Positions 49,724 through 63,100 of a stretch of DNA of 64,000 nt are shown here, piece by piece; positions within the stretch are counted from its first letter, which is position 1; every line of letters starts with the position of its first letter. A model generated the notes under the pieces. The model did not search any database. It was not told where the DNA came from and worked only from the letters and a program-made list of their open reading frames with translations. The position numbers and the translations under genes are program-made. Location of the stretch: NCBI GenBank assembly GCA_013265495.1, contig MU063738.1, forward strand, positions 744,001 to 808,000, read 5' to 3'. The stretch is from Vicugna vicugna (Eukaryota).

Positions 49724-52700
49724 ACGGGATGGAGAGACCTGGGTCCCACCACGCCAGGGTCAGTGCCTCCATCCAGGGGGCATTTTCAGCTGACTGATTA
49801 GGAAGAAAAGGACCCCAAGAGGTGAAGATTTCAATGCAGAGTAAGAAAAAAGTGGGGCCCAGCAGGAGAGCTCTCCCACCCCTCCCTTCAGGGAATTCCT
49901 GGTAACTCAACCCCCTTTGGAGGAGGAAGGAGGCGGCACTGGGGCCTCACCGCCCCCTCCCCTGCCTCCTCCGGGCCTCACTCCCTGCCTCTGGGAGGGG
50001 CTGCGTGTGGAAGGCTAGTCCCAGTCCCAAAGTGACCCGGCAAACTGGGAGGACACCTTAGGTTACAGCCGCAGTTTCTTTAAACAAGAGAAGCAATGCC
50101 AGCACTGTTTGTTAAAAGCCCCAAAGTACCGAGCTAAGCTGACTGAGAACCACAGAGGCTCTGGGTTTGGGCCACGTGGGTAACAGCCACGCGCAGAGAC
50201 CCAGGCCCAGGCCTCTCATCTCCTCACCTCTCAGCTTCCGGGCTACGTTTTCACCAATGTTAAGGCAGAGGAGATTCTCACCCACCCCACCCACTCCCCT
50301 CCTGCAGCAAGGCCTGGTTGGTCCTTTGAGTCCTGGAGAACCTCCCTTCTCCCCCCCCCCCCCCCACAGTCCTCGGGGTGCCCAGCCCCACCCCTCTGGC
50401 AGCAGCTCCAGCAGGTGGGAAACCTCACAGAGGCAACTCAGTCCTGGACCCCCGAGCAGTCTGAGTTGGGGAGGGGTCTGTTTCTGAGGGTGCACTGTGG
50501 CCAAGTTTCCCAAACATGCTTTGAGATCAGAGGTGAGTCCACAGCGGCAGTGCTCCCCCACCAACCTCTCAGGCGACCCCCTAGCATGGGGGGAAATTGG
50601 TTTGTATCCCCTTTACGCTTTCTGAGTTGTGGGATTTAGGAAAGATGCCCCAGGCTGACCAGCTTTGGGCGGTATCAGCAAGGCACCTCGCTCCAGGATG
50701 GTGTCCCTACCCCCCCTCCCCCACCTGGCCGTCTGTCCTGGTCCCTGCCGGCCACCCTACCCTCACCACCACCCGAAACGGAGGGTGAGTCTCAGAGCCC
50801 CTGCCTGTGCAGCTGTGCTGGGGCCAGCCTGGCTCATCTGGGCAACAGCTTAGGGAGCTGGGCACCATGAGGGATTCTCTTCAGGCTCAGCCAGCACGGA
50901 ATCCCGAGTAATGCGACTTGGTCTCAGCCAGAGGAATGTCACCAGCAGGAGATGTTTTTCCTCCAGATCTGGCTGTGTGGTTTCCATAAGGCTTCCTCCT
51001 TTGTGGCTTTCTGGGCAGAGCCTGAGGGGAGGGAGAAGAGGCCTGGAAGGGGTAGAGCACAAGGCTTTACTTGGAGGACGCCAGCAAGTCTTTTGTGTGG
51101 GGGACTGAGCTGTCCCTGGACCTGCCTGCACAGCCCTGCAGAGCCCAGCCTCCTCTCTCTGCCTCCTCACACCGGCAGCCTGCCCAACTTCCCCTCCCCA
51201 GGCACTTCACCCCCAACAGAAATGGGGGAACAGGCCCGAAAGAGAGCAAGTCTCAGCCAGCAGCTTAGCAGGGGAGGGGTCCCATCTTTCAGGGTCCCCC
51301 AATAAGAGAATTCTGGGCCAGAGGATCTGTGAACCCCCTCCTTCTTGGCGCCGGTTCCTGAGCAGCCAGAACCCAATAGAATCTGAGGTTTCCCTCTGCG
51401 TCGCCCCCTTCCTTCTCAGCGAGGAACGTGGGCTGCAGGGAGAGTCTACCTCCCTCCACTTTGGGACCCACCTTCCTGTTGTGGCAGGCTGGAGTGGACA
51501 GTCACCAGGAAAGACAAGGGTCCCTGGAGGCTCCTTGGGTGAAGACCATGCAAATCTGTACCTGCTGTTTTCAGCCAACAGGTCAAGGCCCTTTGGGTAA
51601 CTGAACAGAAGGGCTATCTGGGTGCTTTTGTGAAGACAGGTAATCACAGCCTCCCTGATCAGCAGCCCCCACCTCACCCATCATGGGGAGGGGGCAGAGT
51701 GTAGGGGACTGCGGTCTAGCTGCCTGGACAACAGTAGGGGGCACGCAGGGATGACTCTGAGCTGTCTTTCTAGGTCCCCGGCTGCAGGGTTGTAGCCTGG
51801 GGCAGAGTGGCTGGGGGCCCGAGGCGCAGGGTGGAGGGGAGACACCTGCTGAAAGGCAGCTGAGAGTTAAGCACTTTTCCAGAAAGAAAACCCAGCCAAA
51901 GAGGGAGAGAAAAAAGACCTGTCCATCTCAGCCAGCCCGCTCCACGCTCCTCCCCCAAAGAGCCCTTGGGAGGCGAGATCCTGTCCATCTCCGGTGCCGG
52001 GTCCACCAGGTGGCTCTTTACAGGGGCAGCCGAGACCTGGAGAGGCCAGGGAATGTCCAATGCAGAGGGCGGGGGTCTTCCATCCAGATCCCCTCCCCCC
52101 CGCCCCTCTCCACACACACCTTGAAGGATCTCAGGCCCAAGGTCTCCAGACCAGTGCCCCACTGCCAGCAGAGACACCCAAAGATAGCTGGGGGGAGGCT
52201 CTGGTTGTCTCCCTGACAGTTACCTCAGACGCTGTGGGTTTGGTGAAAGCAAGGCAAGAAAAAAGGGAGAAAGACTTGCCGGAAAGTTCCGTGTGGTCTG
52301 GGTTCCTGGGTCACCTGTCTGGGCCCGACCACAGCCCGGAGTTCCTGCTGAGCCCCAGAAGTGAGACCCTCGAGAAGCCCAGGGCCCCAGGGTCGGCTCT
52401 GTCTCTGGACAGACTCCCACGTCCCCTCTTTCCCACCATTTCTGGAGCTCTTCACCCCTTTGGCAGAAAAGTCACACAGCAGGGGGAGCTGGGCCTGGAG
52501 ACACCGCTGTATCTTGTATCCCAGCCGGACTGAGCTGGCAGCATCTTGGCAGACGCAGGACAGAAAGCGTGTCAGCACGCAGAGAGAGGTGGAGAGAGAG
52601 AATTAAACCAGAGTGGGGGAGGGGGTGAACTAACCGTGATCACCCTGTGCTGGGGCCTCACGCGGGCCCTGGGGAATGACCGGGCCACTTCTCTAATCCC

Positions 52701-53944
52701 AGCTTTTCCAAACCTACCCCAGACCCCGGCGACTCCACTGAATTCTGGGGAATCATTTGTTGTGACCTTGGTAGGAAAACCTATAAAAGTCATTCCTGGC
52801 CTCTGGGTGTCCCTTTCACATTACGAAACAGGGTTTTATTTCCAAATGACCCGGTGACCTCAGGCGAGCAGGTGTCATTACACTGGCTTTACAATACTGT
52901 GCCCAGGAAGGTCTGGAGAGCAGCCACAGGCACGGGAGCCATGACGACGCAGCCCCAGGTCAGGGGCCACGGGAGCCCCAGTGGCTGTCGTGGCCACTCG
53001 GGGAGGCAAGGGTTTTCAGGAGCTCCCTGTGTGTGACCCTGGCGAGCTCTCCCCTCCTGACCCAGCAAGGCTGCAGGCATCCTCACCAACCTCCAGGCCC
53101 CGCCAGAGGGACACACTGGGCAGCCCTGAACAGACCCGCTCCGAGAATCCAGGTGTCAGAGCCCAAAAAAACCTTCGGAGAGCATCCAGCTGGGCTCCCT
53201 CATCCTCCCAGAGGACAGGAGGGCTCAGAAAGGGCAAGCGAGGTGCTCATGGCCCTCCTTCCGTAGAAGCCTCTTGATTCCCAGGACAGCGCTCCTCCCC
53301 AACCCCTCCCCAGGGCAGCCAGCCGGCCGGGGCTCAGAGGGAAAGCTTCCGAGGGTGGGAGGAGAGTCTGGATCGGGCCCTGGAGCCAGCAGATGGACTG
53401 TGGAGTGTCCCAAACAAAGCCCAGCCCTTCTTGGCCGGGCGAGATATCCCAGGGTAGGAAGTGAGCCAGCTGGGGGAAGGGGTCCGGCTTCCAGCTGTGT
53501 TACCGCTCCCCAAATATTTACAGGACCTCCAAGGAGGCTGGCCTTTCTCACCACCGCACAGCTGGGACGCGGGGCAGCCCCGCCAGATCTCACACAGTGG
53601 GCTACTGTGTTAGTTGTCTCAGCTTAACACCCTCTGTCCATGTCCCAAACCTCAGCGCCTGTGTGGTTCCGAGAGCACTGGGCGGACGGAACGGTGGGCA
53701 CGGGGCCAGCAGGGAAGCTGCCCCTCCAGCAGGGCCTGGAGGACGCTGGCTGCCCCGGGCAGATACGAGCGTGTGAGCGTGTGTGTGTGATTTCAGGAGT
53801 CCCAGGGTCCCCATTACTGAGTTGGACCTCTAATCTCTGGAGAGAAATAGAAATAAAATCTCATACCACGTGCGGATGAACTGTAAATGCCTGTCTCCTT
53901 TTACCCTGAACCCTGCTCTCCACCTCCACCTCCAGCCCCGCCCC

Positions 53945-54460
53945 TACTCCAAGCCGCCATCCTCTCCTGCCCAGCAGCCTCCTTCCCACGCTCCCCAGGC
54001 CCCCGTGGCAACACGTGTCAGGCCTCATCGCTCCTCTGCCTGAACCCGCCTACGCCCTCCCCTCATCTGCGCCACCCGGCCCCTGGCTGCCTCCTGACCT
54101 CATTTCTGACCGCCGTCCCTCGTTTACTCTGCTTCAGCCACGCTGACCTCTCTGCAGGTCCCTGAACACGTGCCCTTCTTGCCTCAGGGACTTGAACGTG
54201 CTCTCCTGTGCACGGTTTACTGGCGTTTCCCCCGACCACCCTCTCTAACACCCCCACCCTGCCACTCTGCCCCTCGCCCTGCGCTACCACCCTCAGGGCG
54301 CAGGTCCCTCCTAGTCTACTGTATACTTGCCAGCTGGCTTGCTGGCCCTCCCTTGTCTGTACATGAGTGTAAGAATGCTGTCTTCTCCCTCCTGCTGTAC
54401 CCCCGGGCCTGGGGCTGAACGGGCTCGACAAGTACTCACTGGACATGTGAATAAGCAACT
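53945..54460 (+). mobile_element. LINE-2 3' region
   Basis: ctctgcttcagccacgctgacctctctgcaggtccctgaacacg...gcctcagggacttgaacgtgct and terminal actcactggacatgtgaata. Confidence 0.7.
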
Positions 54461-57400
54461 CAAGGCAGCTGTCATCCCCTTTCCTTTCAGACAGTGAGAC
54501 TGAAGCACAGAGAGGCTAAGTCACCCATCCAGGGTCATGCAGGCAAGGGTGGCAAAAAATGTCCAGGTCCATCGGACTCCAGGGTGTTCCAGGGGCATGG
54601 CCAGCCTGCCTCCCAAGAACAGGAACCTACGTACAGGGACCGGAGGAGAACAGAGACATACAGCTGCTGCCGCCCAGCCTTCGGGGCAGCTGCTCAGAGC
54701 TGGGGAGGGCAGGACCTCACATAGGAGCCTAAATCCAGAAAACAGCAACCATTCGAGGACAGGTCAGCACAGCCACAGGGCAGCTGGCTACGCCCGGGGC
54801 CCCTCTGCAGGGGCTTGGGGCTCAGAGAGGGATGGTGACAGGCAGGTGATAAGCCCGCGTCCTGGGGGCCTCTGCTACGGAAAGTCCCACCACCCGAGTC
54901 TGCCCACGTGGCCGCGCCCATGGAGGGGGGTCACTCCTGAAGCGCCCCTTGTCATCAGACCTACAAGGACCAGGGCACAAGCGAGACAAGGGATAGGAAG
55001 GCTGAGAGACGGAGGTGACCAGTGAGAAGAGAGGCCAGGAAAGAAGCCAGTCGGTTGGGGGTGAGCAGCCAGGAAAAGAGGACAGCAGCTCGACGGAGAT
55101 GCGCCCCGTCTCTCCAGCCGGAGACGCCCCAGGGCACAAGGCAGCCGCCTTTAACACGAGCTGGCCCCGGGAGCAGGGCGGGTGGGCTGGCGGGAAGGCT
55201 CGCCCTGCTCTGGGTCCGGCCCCCGGGGGCCGCTCCATCTTGGGGCTCACCGGCCTGTCAGGATGCCGGCTCCCCGCCCTCAGCCAGTGGACCTGGTGCA
55301 CACACTGCCTCTGTGTATCCGGCCCCTCACACACGTGTTTGGACGGGTCTCACACAGCGTCTGTCTCTCACTCCCCTCCTTGGCGTGCACGTCACGAAGG
55401 CACTGGCTGTGTGTGCTGATGGCACAAGCCCCGGCAGCCTGTCCCACCTCGTCTCTCTGTGACCCTGTCTTGCACATTCCGTGAGTGTGGATCTGTCTGA
55501 CGCGGCTGCGTGCCTGTGGTCTCTCTGGGCCTCACTCTTCCTGCCTGTTTCTCAAATCCAGACTTTCATGCGTCTGCCTTTGCTCACCTGCAAATCACCC
55601 GACAGGCAAGGATGTCCTCGCACGCGTCTCAGCGGGCAAGGGCCCCGCCCGGCCTGCTGGCTTGTCTTCAGCTGCAGTGAATGGTCTTTTGCTGCCTGAC
55701 CAGAGACATCTGATAGCCCAGAGGCCACAGCTGGCCCCCCGGAGCATCCTGGGACCTGGGACAGCTCCGCCCTTGAGCCGGGCCCACAGAGCCCCAGTCA
55801 CAGGCGTGGTTGGCTCCCTCTGTCCCCAGCTGTGGCTGCAGTGGTTTCCCAAAGCACGACTCCACGTGAAGACGGAGAGGTCGCTCAGGGGCATTGTGGG
55901 AGGGTCTCTAAAGACGACGCACGGTCCGCTGACAGCATGGCCTGCGGGGGGGCTGAGGGAAGCTCCTACCCCAGTGGAAGGCGTGGGGTCCCTGCCCCTG
56001 ACGCCTCCCCAGCAGAGGGCACAGGCACTGCATGCACAGGGAAAGGGCTCTGCAGTGCAGAGAAGAGCCGGGCCAGGGTGGGGTGGGGTGGGGGCCCGAG
56101 GCCCAGGTTTGCTCTGGTGCCGCCACTTGTAAGTTTGTGCTCCTGGCGCACTGAGCGGAGTTCCAGGTTCCTCACCTGTCAGCTGCGGGAAAGAACACCT
56201 AATTTGTGATGCTGTTAAGATTAAGTAAGATAAAGCCCCTGGCGTTTTGTGAACCACATGTGATGCGATTGTCAGGCAGCCATGAAAGCACAAGCCACCA
56301 CGGTGCAGGCGGGGCCCTGGTTCCAGGATGACCTGGGGTGGGACAGGGCCCACCCTGCAGAGGAACTGGGCAGGGCCGCAGGGGGTGGGTCTGGCAGAGA
56401 CCAGAGAGCAACTGGGCACCGCCACCCAGGTTGGAAGGGTCCTTTCCACAGGTGGCCTTCAAACCTCTAGAGCTTTGGTTTTCTGGGGGCCAACCAAGAG
56501 AAGGGAGGGAGGTGACACGTGCTGAGCACCTGCTGTATGCCCAGCATGTTAACACAATGCACTGCAGCATCCCATTCCCGCTAGAGCAGTGCGCACTTTC
56601 CCAAAGCCTCAGAGCTAGGATCTGAGCCCACTCCAAATTTGTGCTCTTCCTGTAATATCAGACGGTGTGGGCTCCCCAGGCACCACACAAGCCCAGCTGG
56701 CTTATTCCAGAACACAAGGTGTGCGGGGCAGAGGGAGAGGCTGACGGTGAAAGAGGAGAGAGGAGCAGGCGGGTAGGCAGTGGATGGGGCCGGCGGGGGG
56801 ATGCCAAACCATCCCAGCAGCTTCCTCAGCCTGCCCCCGTCTCGACTGTCAACCAGACTGCATGCCAACAAGCGCAGGGAAACCCAGCAGCTCTGCTGCA
56901 GGCTACCAGGATGCTCCAGAGGGGCCCCTCCCCAGCCTGCGTCGGTTGCCTTGGCAACCAGCACAATCACCACCTTTGGAATACCTGGCTCACTCCAACC
57001 TTCCAGCATCCCAGTCCGGTTTGAACAGACCCGTGGTCCTGATGGCCCCACACCGACTCAGGAGTGCTAGCCCTATTCTGTTTTAAGAATTAAGAGTGTT
57101 TTGAGAGCCAGGGGCTCTCTAAAGCCACCCACTCCCTCCCAACAGACCCAGGAGTCTTGATTCCACACCCTCCTTCCTGTCGTGCCGTCCTTTATAATTG
57201 ATACTCTTTGTATCCCCACTGCGTGCCCTCTGCAGCCACAGCTCCGCAGACACAGACGGAGCCCCTCTGCGGGTACCTGTGACTCTCAGCCTGAGGGATT
57301 CCTCTCCGCCCTTGGAGAGCAGCCAGAGAACCAGGATGCAGTGTCCCGGGAGCTGCGCTCAGCCAGTCACGGACGGGAATCGAAAGAGATAAATGTGTCC

Positions 57401-58299
57401 TTGTCCTCGGGTGGGACGTGATCCCCGGGAGTCCCCAGGCCCCACAGACCGCAGCAGTGACCTGCACACGACGGGCCCTGCGCTGGCCTCCCCACCCCCA
57501 TCAGTGCTTTCTGGAATTGCCTCCCAAATAAACCACTTGCACTCAAACCCTCGTCCCAAGGTCTGCTTCTGGGGACCCCATCCCAGGCACCCTTTACATA
57601 CTACACACATGAGCTAGTGTGAGGGACAGACCACCCCGCTAGCCGGGCCACCTGTGTGGTCCCGTGGGCAATGAGCTTGGCCACACTGCACAAGCACGTG
57701 CTGGACCCACGGCCGGTCTCCAGAGCACATGCGGGCTCCCTCTGCCACACGAGAGCCTCGTGTGAACAGGTACCACTGGGCCAGGACACATCCCACCAGC
57801 TTGATAACCTGCTTGGTTTGTTGCTGCCAAGTGAGGATCAGAAACATCACTTTTAAGCATGAAGGTTAGCATATGCTTTTCCAAATCCTGTCTCATCACG
57901 GAGAGTGAGCACGTGGCAGCTTAGGCCCGCCAGCGTGCCACCGCCTGGCGTCAAACGGCTAACCAGCAGCAGCCAGCGATCAACGCCTGACATACACGAG
58001 GTAAACGCGTCCAAGAGTCACAGTCCTCACTCCGCCTGCCCGACGGCACTGCCTATGCCAGTAAGGCCGCTCTCGAAGGTCACTGAACGGCACACCGCAG
58101 GACTAAAAGCACACCAGGACACTGTCACAAAGCAATAAGACCGTCCCTCACAACAGACTCACGCCCAAGCTCAGCGAGCTCGCCCGTCGAGTTTAAGAAG
58201 TCTGGTTCTGATTCTCTAACGGTCCCCTGGTGAAGACAGGGGCCATCAGGTAAATGAGCAGAACAGTAAGTTGAGATCAGAGCAAACAGATTTCAAACC

Positions 58300-58480
58300 A
58301 ATGGTTCTTTACACGCTTTTAAGCACTCCTGCTCTTTTCCACTTGATCCTCACAAGGCAAAGTGATCACCTTTTAACAAATGAACAAATTAAGACCCAGA
58401 GAGTTTGATGACCTGCTCAGGGCCACACAGCAGGTGAGAGGGTGCTCAGGGCGGAGCTCCAGGCATCCAGATGCCCCTTC
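58300..58480 (-). mobile_element. MIR
   Basis: gatcctcacaag...ttttaacaaatgaacaaattaagacccagagag...gacctgctcagggccacacagc. Confidence 0.7.
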
Positions 58481-59192
58481 CCCGGCACCGCAGGCAACAT
58501 CGGCCATGGCTGTGTGAGTGATCCAGGGTCCACACTGTAATCGTGAGCTTTACCCCCAAAGAGGCAGCAACAAACGTCTGGTTAACACCACATCACCTCT
58601 GCTGCCCAGACCGCAGCCGTCCCACCTCCCTGCTAGACTGAAGCCCCTCAGGGGCAGGAACTGTCTCCTCCCTGAGCCTGAATGCTGGGTCCTCCCCAGG
58701 ACAGCCCCTCCCCTCTGTCCCCATCCTCATGTCCACCGGCAAAAGCCAGGCCTGGCCCAGCCGCCCACTGCGTGGGATGCCTAAAGGCCTGCCAAGAATG
58801 GGGGAGACAGAGACTCTCCTCCCGCCTGCCCAAGTCCAGGAGTTCTCTCCCTTCTGTACAAACCCCACAAACCCAGTGCCCATGGCAAGAGGGCTCTGTC
58901 ACCGAAGCTAGGGGGTGGGCACCTTGGGGCCCGCCAAGCCAGGGCACGGCCAGCGAGGCCCCTGCTCGGGAGCGCAGCTGCACGGGCCCTGGCCGCCGCT
59001 CCGCAAGGCGGGAGGGGCTCTTTAAGGCTGGAGCCCCTGCCTCTGGAAGCCCAGAGCCAGCCTGGGAGGAGGCAGAGGCCTACGGTTTATTTTATTTGAC
59101 ATCTTTCAACGTCAGGACACTTCAGCGCCAAGGAGGAAACGAATCCCGTCTGTCCCCAAGCCCCAAGGACAGCTCAAGAGGGCAGGCTGGGG

Positions 59193-59225
59193 NNNNNNNN
59201 NNNNNNNNNNNNNNNNNNNNNNNNN
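59193..59225. other. Assembly gap (33 N)
   Basis: Run of n characters in the sequence. Confidence 1.
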
Positions 59226-59350
59226 TGGGGGCGGGGCCAGGCTGGGGAGGGCGGGGCCAGGAGGGGCCAGGCTGGGGAGGGCGGGGCCAGGAGGGGCCGG
59301 GCGGGGCCAGGGCCAGGCGGGGCCAGGTGGGGGGGCGGGGCCAGGCTGGG
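59226..59350. repeat. G-rich minisatellite (30-bp unit gctggggagggcggggccaggaggggccag, plus shorter ggcggggccagg units)
   Basis: Two near-identical 30-bp copies at 59241-59270 and 59271-59300, with degenerate copies around them. Directly abuts the N gap. Confidence 0.85.
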
Positions 59351-60479
59351 GCCGCCAGCCGCACAGTGCGGGGCGTGGGGACCACCTGAGGACAGTTTCT
59401 GGGAGACCCGCTGAGCCCAACACACCGGCAGGGCTCCGTTAAGGAGGCTGGTCAGCTCTGGCTAAGATTCTGCGGCTGTGGGCCGCTGGACAGCGGTCCT
59501 GCCAGTATCGCAGAGACAAGGCTACAGCAGATGACAACCGCCCCTTGGAGGTGTGCGACAGGCAGCGCTGCTGGTGACACGGCTGGGATTCCTGCCTGAC
59601 GCTGCGAAGCCCAGACACAGCCTAGAGCATCACTGGCCTGGCGGAAATGGAGACAGTGAGAGGCAGGTTCAAGTCAAAGGAGGGAGGGGCCGCAGGGCAG
59701 TCCTGCATCCACCTCTGCAGGTGCGGCCCTCCACCCCTCCCGCCCCGACCCCCAGGCCAGTGACACAGAGATGGCTGTACAACTTACCTTCTTACTCAGA
59801 TTAAATTCCAGACCTTCCTATCTTCAGAAAAACAAATTCCTTTTCTTTTTTCAAGAGGTAAAAGCGTCCTGAGCTGCCATTTGGACAATCAGCAGCCCGT
59901 CGATGTTGCTGGTGGTGGTGCACACCGGGCACCACCCTGCAGGACCCGAGGCAGGTGGCAGTCAGTCCAGGGGCCAGACTTTAAGAGGACCATTCACAGC
60001 CTGAAACCTTCCAGAGGAGGGTGACTGGGATAACTGGGATCTGGAAAACTGGGCCATGTAAGGAAGCACTGAAATGAGCCGGGGCCTTTTCTTGGTCTTG
60101 AGAAGAAACTGAGCCATCATTAAGAACACGCTGAAATATTTGAATGAAGAGTTACACTTCCTCTCTTTCCCTCGGATGACAACATTTGAACCAACAGGCA
60201 GAAGTGAAGCAGATTGCAGGTGAAGCCTTAGAAACTGTCCTGTGACCTCGCTTATTTTGGAATGGAACGCGTCTCCTGTCACTGACCACGCAAACCACGG
60301 CTTGAAGACTGGCTGTCGGAGTTCCTGCAGGGAAGATCTGCACACTTTACGGAAAGGACTGGCCCCAGTCACTGAGAAAAGTCAGAAACGATGTTTTCTT
60401 GAGCGAGCGGAGCATCGGCCCAGCAGGCTGGGCGTGAGACTTGGGGTCTGTATTTTTTTAAAAATCCCGTCAGCTTAGA

Positions 60480-61590
60480 GGAAAGCATTGGGGAAGAAGT
60501 TCCTGACGCAGGACTTGGCAATGAATCCTTGGCTACAACACCCACGGTGCGGGCAACAAAAGAAGCAGCAGGTAAATTGGACATCACAAGGTGAGAAGTG
60601 TGTGTGCATCCAAGGGCACAAGTGGCAGAAGGAGAAGGCGGCGCACAGGACGGCAGAAAGTGTTTCCTGCCCAAGAAGGGCCTGCCACCCAGAACATACA
60701 GAGCTCCTCCAACCCCACAACAGCAACGGAACGGCCCCGTTAAAAAGCGGGTGAAGGGCTGCCTTGAATGGGTATTTCTCCAAGAGGACAAAGAACAGCT
60801 AGTAAACACGTGAAGAGGCTCGGCATCACTAGCCATTAGGGAGATGCAGGTTAAAACCGCAGCAACATACCACTGCGCACCCATCGGGATGGCTGTTATT
60901 AAAAAACCAAATAGAAAGTAGTGCCAGCGAGGATGTGGGGACACCGGGACCCCCAGGCCTTGCCGGCAGGAATGTGAAATGCTGTGGCCACTGTGGAAAA
61001 CAGTAGGGAGGTTCCTCAAAAAGTTTAAAATAGAGTTACCATGTAATCCAGCAATTCCACTTCTGGGTACACACCCAAAAGAATCAGTGCACACTCTCAA
61101 GGAGATACCCGTGCAGCCACGTTCAGGGCCAGGTTACTTACGACAGCTAAAGGGGGCAACAACCCACATGTGCATGCTGCCGCGCACATGGATGAACGGA
61201 ATGTGGTCCATATGCACCATGCAATATTATTCAGCCTAAAAAGGAAGGAAATTCTGACACCTGCTACCGCAGGGATGAACCTCGAGGACAAGATGCCGAG
61301 TGAAATAATCCACTCACAAAACGACAAACACCGTGCGGTCCCACTTACAATAAGTCCCTGGGGGAGTCACGCTCACAGAGACAGAAAGTGGAAGGGCTGG
61401 GGCCAGGGGCTGGGGCCTGAGTACAAATGGGGCAGAGTTTCAGTCCGGGGAGGTGAGCAGGTCCTGGAGAGGAGCGTCGGTGACTGCGAGACACTAGTGT
61501 GAACACCGTCAGTGCCACTGCGCTCTGCACTTAAGAGTGGCTGACGTATTAGCCATTTACCGGAGACACACTGCACCACAATTTTTAAAA
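60480..61590 (+). mobile_element. L1 ORF2 C-terminus plus 3' UTR (L1M type)
   Basis: ggccactgtggaaaacagtagggaggttcctcaaaaagtttaaaatagagttaccatgtaatccagcaattccacttctgggt, tattattcagcctaaaaaggaaggaaattctgacac, and an A-rich end. Confidence 0.9.
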
Positions 61591-62849
61591 ATACGTAATT
61601 TTAAAGGGTATGATCGTTTCGGCAGCTGCAGCCGATTCCCCTTCCTCATTCTAGTTTGCTGAGCTTCAGTTCGAAGAATTTGCCTTCCCGAAGCTCCCCC
61701 AGATCAGCAACCCAGGAAGGGGCCCGGCATCCGGACGGAGCAGGGGGAGATGCCTGGGGCCTGAGCACGGGCCTGGGAAGCATCCTGGGGGACAACCCGC
61801 AGCAGACGACAGAACACCAAGAAGCCTCAGGGCCACTGCCATCCTGCACGGCTCACCAGGGTGGTTTGTGGTGGCTGCGTCGCCGGCGGGGGCAGCAGAA
61901 GCCCAGCGCTCAGCCTCACCAGTCCGGCTGGCCCAGGGCTGGGAGTTCCGAGAGGCAGGAAGTGAATGGCCACGGGCAGTGGCTGGTGGGGGAGGACGGG
62001 TGTCACTGGTGGGTGAGAAGGGAAGGGCATAGCCCTGCCCATTTATTGAACTGGAAAAGCAGCTTTCTTAGGAGCAGGACATTTTCTAAATTGCAAAACC
62101 CAGATGGAAACCACAGTGGGGCGGGAGGACATGAGGAGGCCGGCAGGGCAAGTGTGGCTCAGGTTGGCCGGTTTCTCCAAGGTCTGCGGAACTTAGGATG
62201 CCCTGTTTCTAGCAAAAACACAACACTTAACCATGAAAACACATCCTTGAGGAGGGACTGCTTATGTTACAGTGACTGGGGCATGCACACAGAGTCCTGT
62301 CAACTCTGCCCAAGCAAGTGGAAGGACCGGCGTGCCCACAGCCCTGGCGGGGAAGGGGACGCCGGAGAGTCCGCAGACCGGAGCGCTGGGAGACGCTGCT
62401 GACTGCAGACTGACTGCAAACAAGTCCTGTCAGATTATCTTGGAACCGGCACTGCAGTCACAGCGAGGCCCACTTTACAGGGGTGGCCATGCCAACACGC
62501 TTTTCTGGAGCCCCGAGAACTCGAGGCTCCCCTGGGCTGCTGGTGGGTGAGTGCGCAGGGAGGGAAGGCCTCATTCCCGCCAGACCAGGGCACTCTGCTT
62601 TTTCACACACACACAGTGTCCAGAGGGAAGAGGAGAAGGAAAGCGTGCAGAGGCATCTGTCCTGGCTCCCCCAGCACGCACACCCCACCTCTGAATCTAT
62701 GCCCCCACGACTGTCCCTGCTGCTGACCCCAACGGGCTCTGCTCAGACTGCCCAGGGCCTCAGGGCAGGGCTGGGGCCCCCAGGGGCAGGAGTCCGTCCC
62801 CTCCTTTGGAGGGGTATTTTAGCAATAGTAACAGCAGTAACCACAGCAA

Positions 62850-63100
62850 TTAAAATTAACAGCTAATACGTTATCGAGCAAAAGGCCAGCGAGTATTCCA
62901 AGCACTTTACGTGATGAATGCCCGTAATCCTCATAACCACCCTGAGACAGGTTCTACTGCTACCTGCACGGGGCAGGTAGACAAACCGAGTTCAGAGAGG
63001 TTAGCTGGCTTGCCCGCGCTCACACGCGGTGCCAAGTCCCACCACCTGCCCTAGACTGGGGGCTCTCCAAAGGCAGAGTCCTGGCCCTGGGAGTTTTCAG
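62850..63100 (-). mobile_element. MIR
   Basis: ccaagcactttacgtga...aatcctcataaccaccctgagacagg...aaaccgagttcagagaggttagctggcttgccc. Confidence 0.75.

Noticed and set aside
60369-61100. 243-aa minus-strand ORF
   Set aside because: Antisense of the L1 at 60480-61590.
61656-62402. 248-aa plus-strand ORF
   Set aside because: No recognisable domain, no splice structure and no true ATG start; consistent with chance in GC-rich intron.
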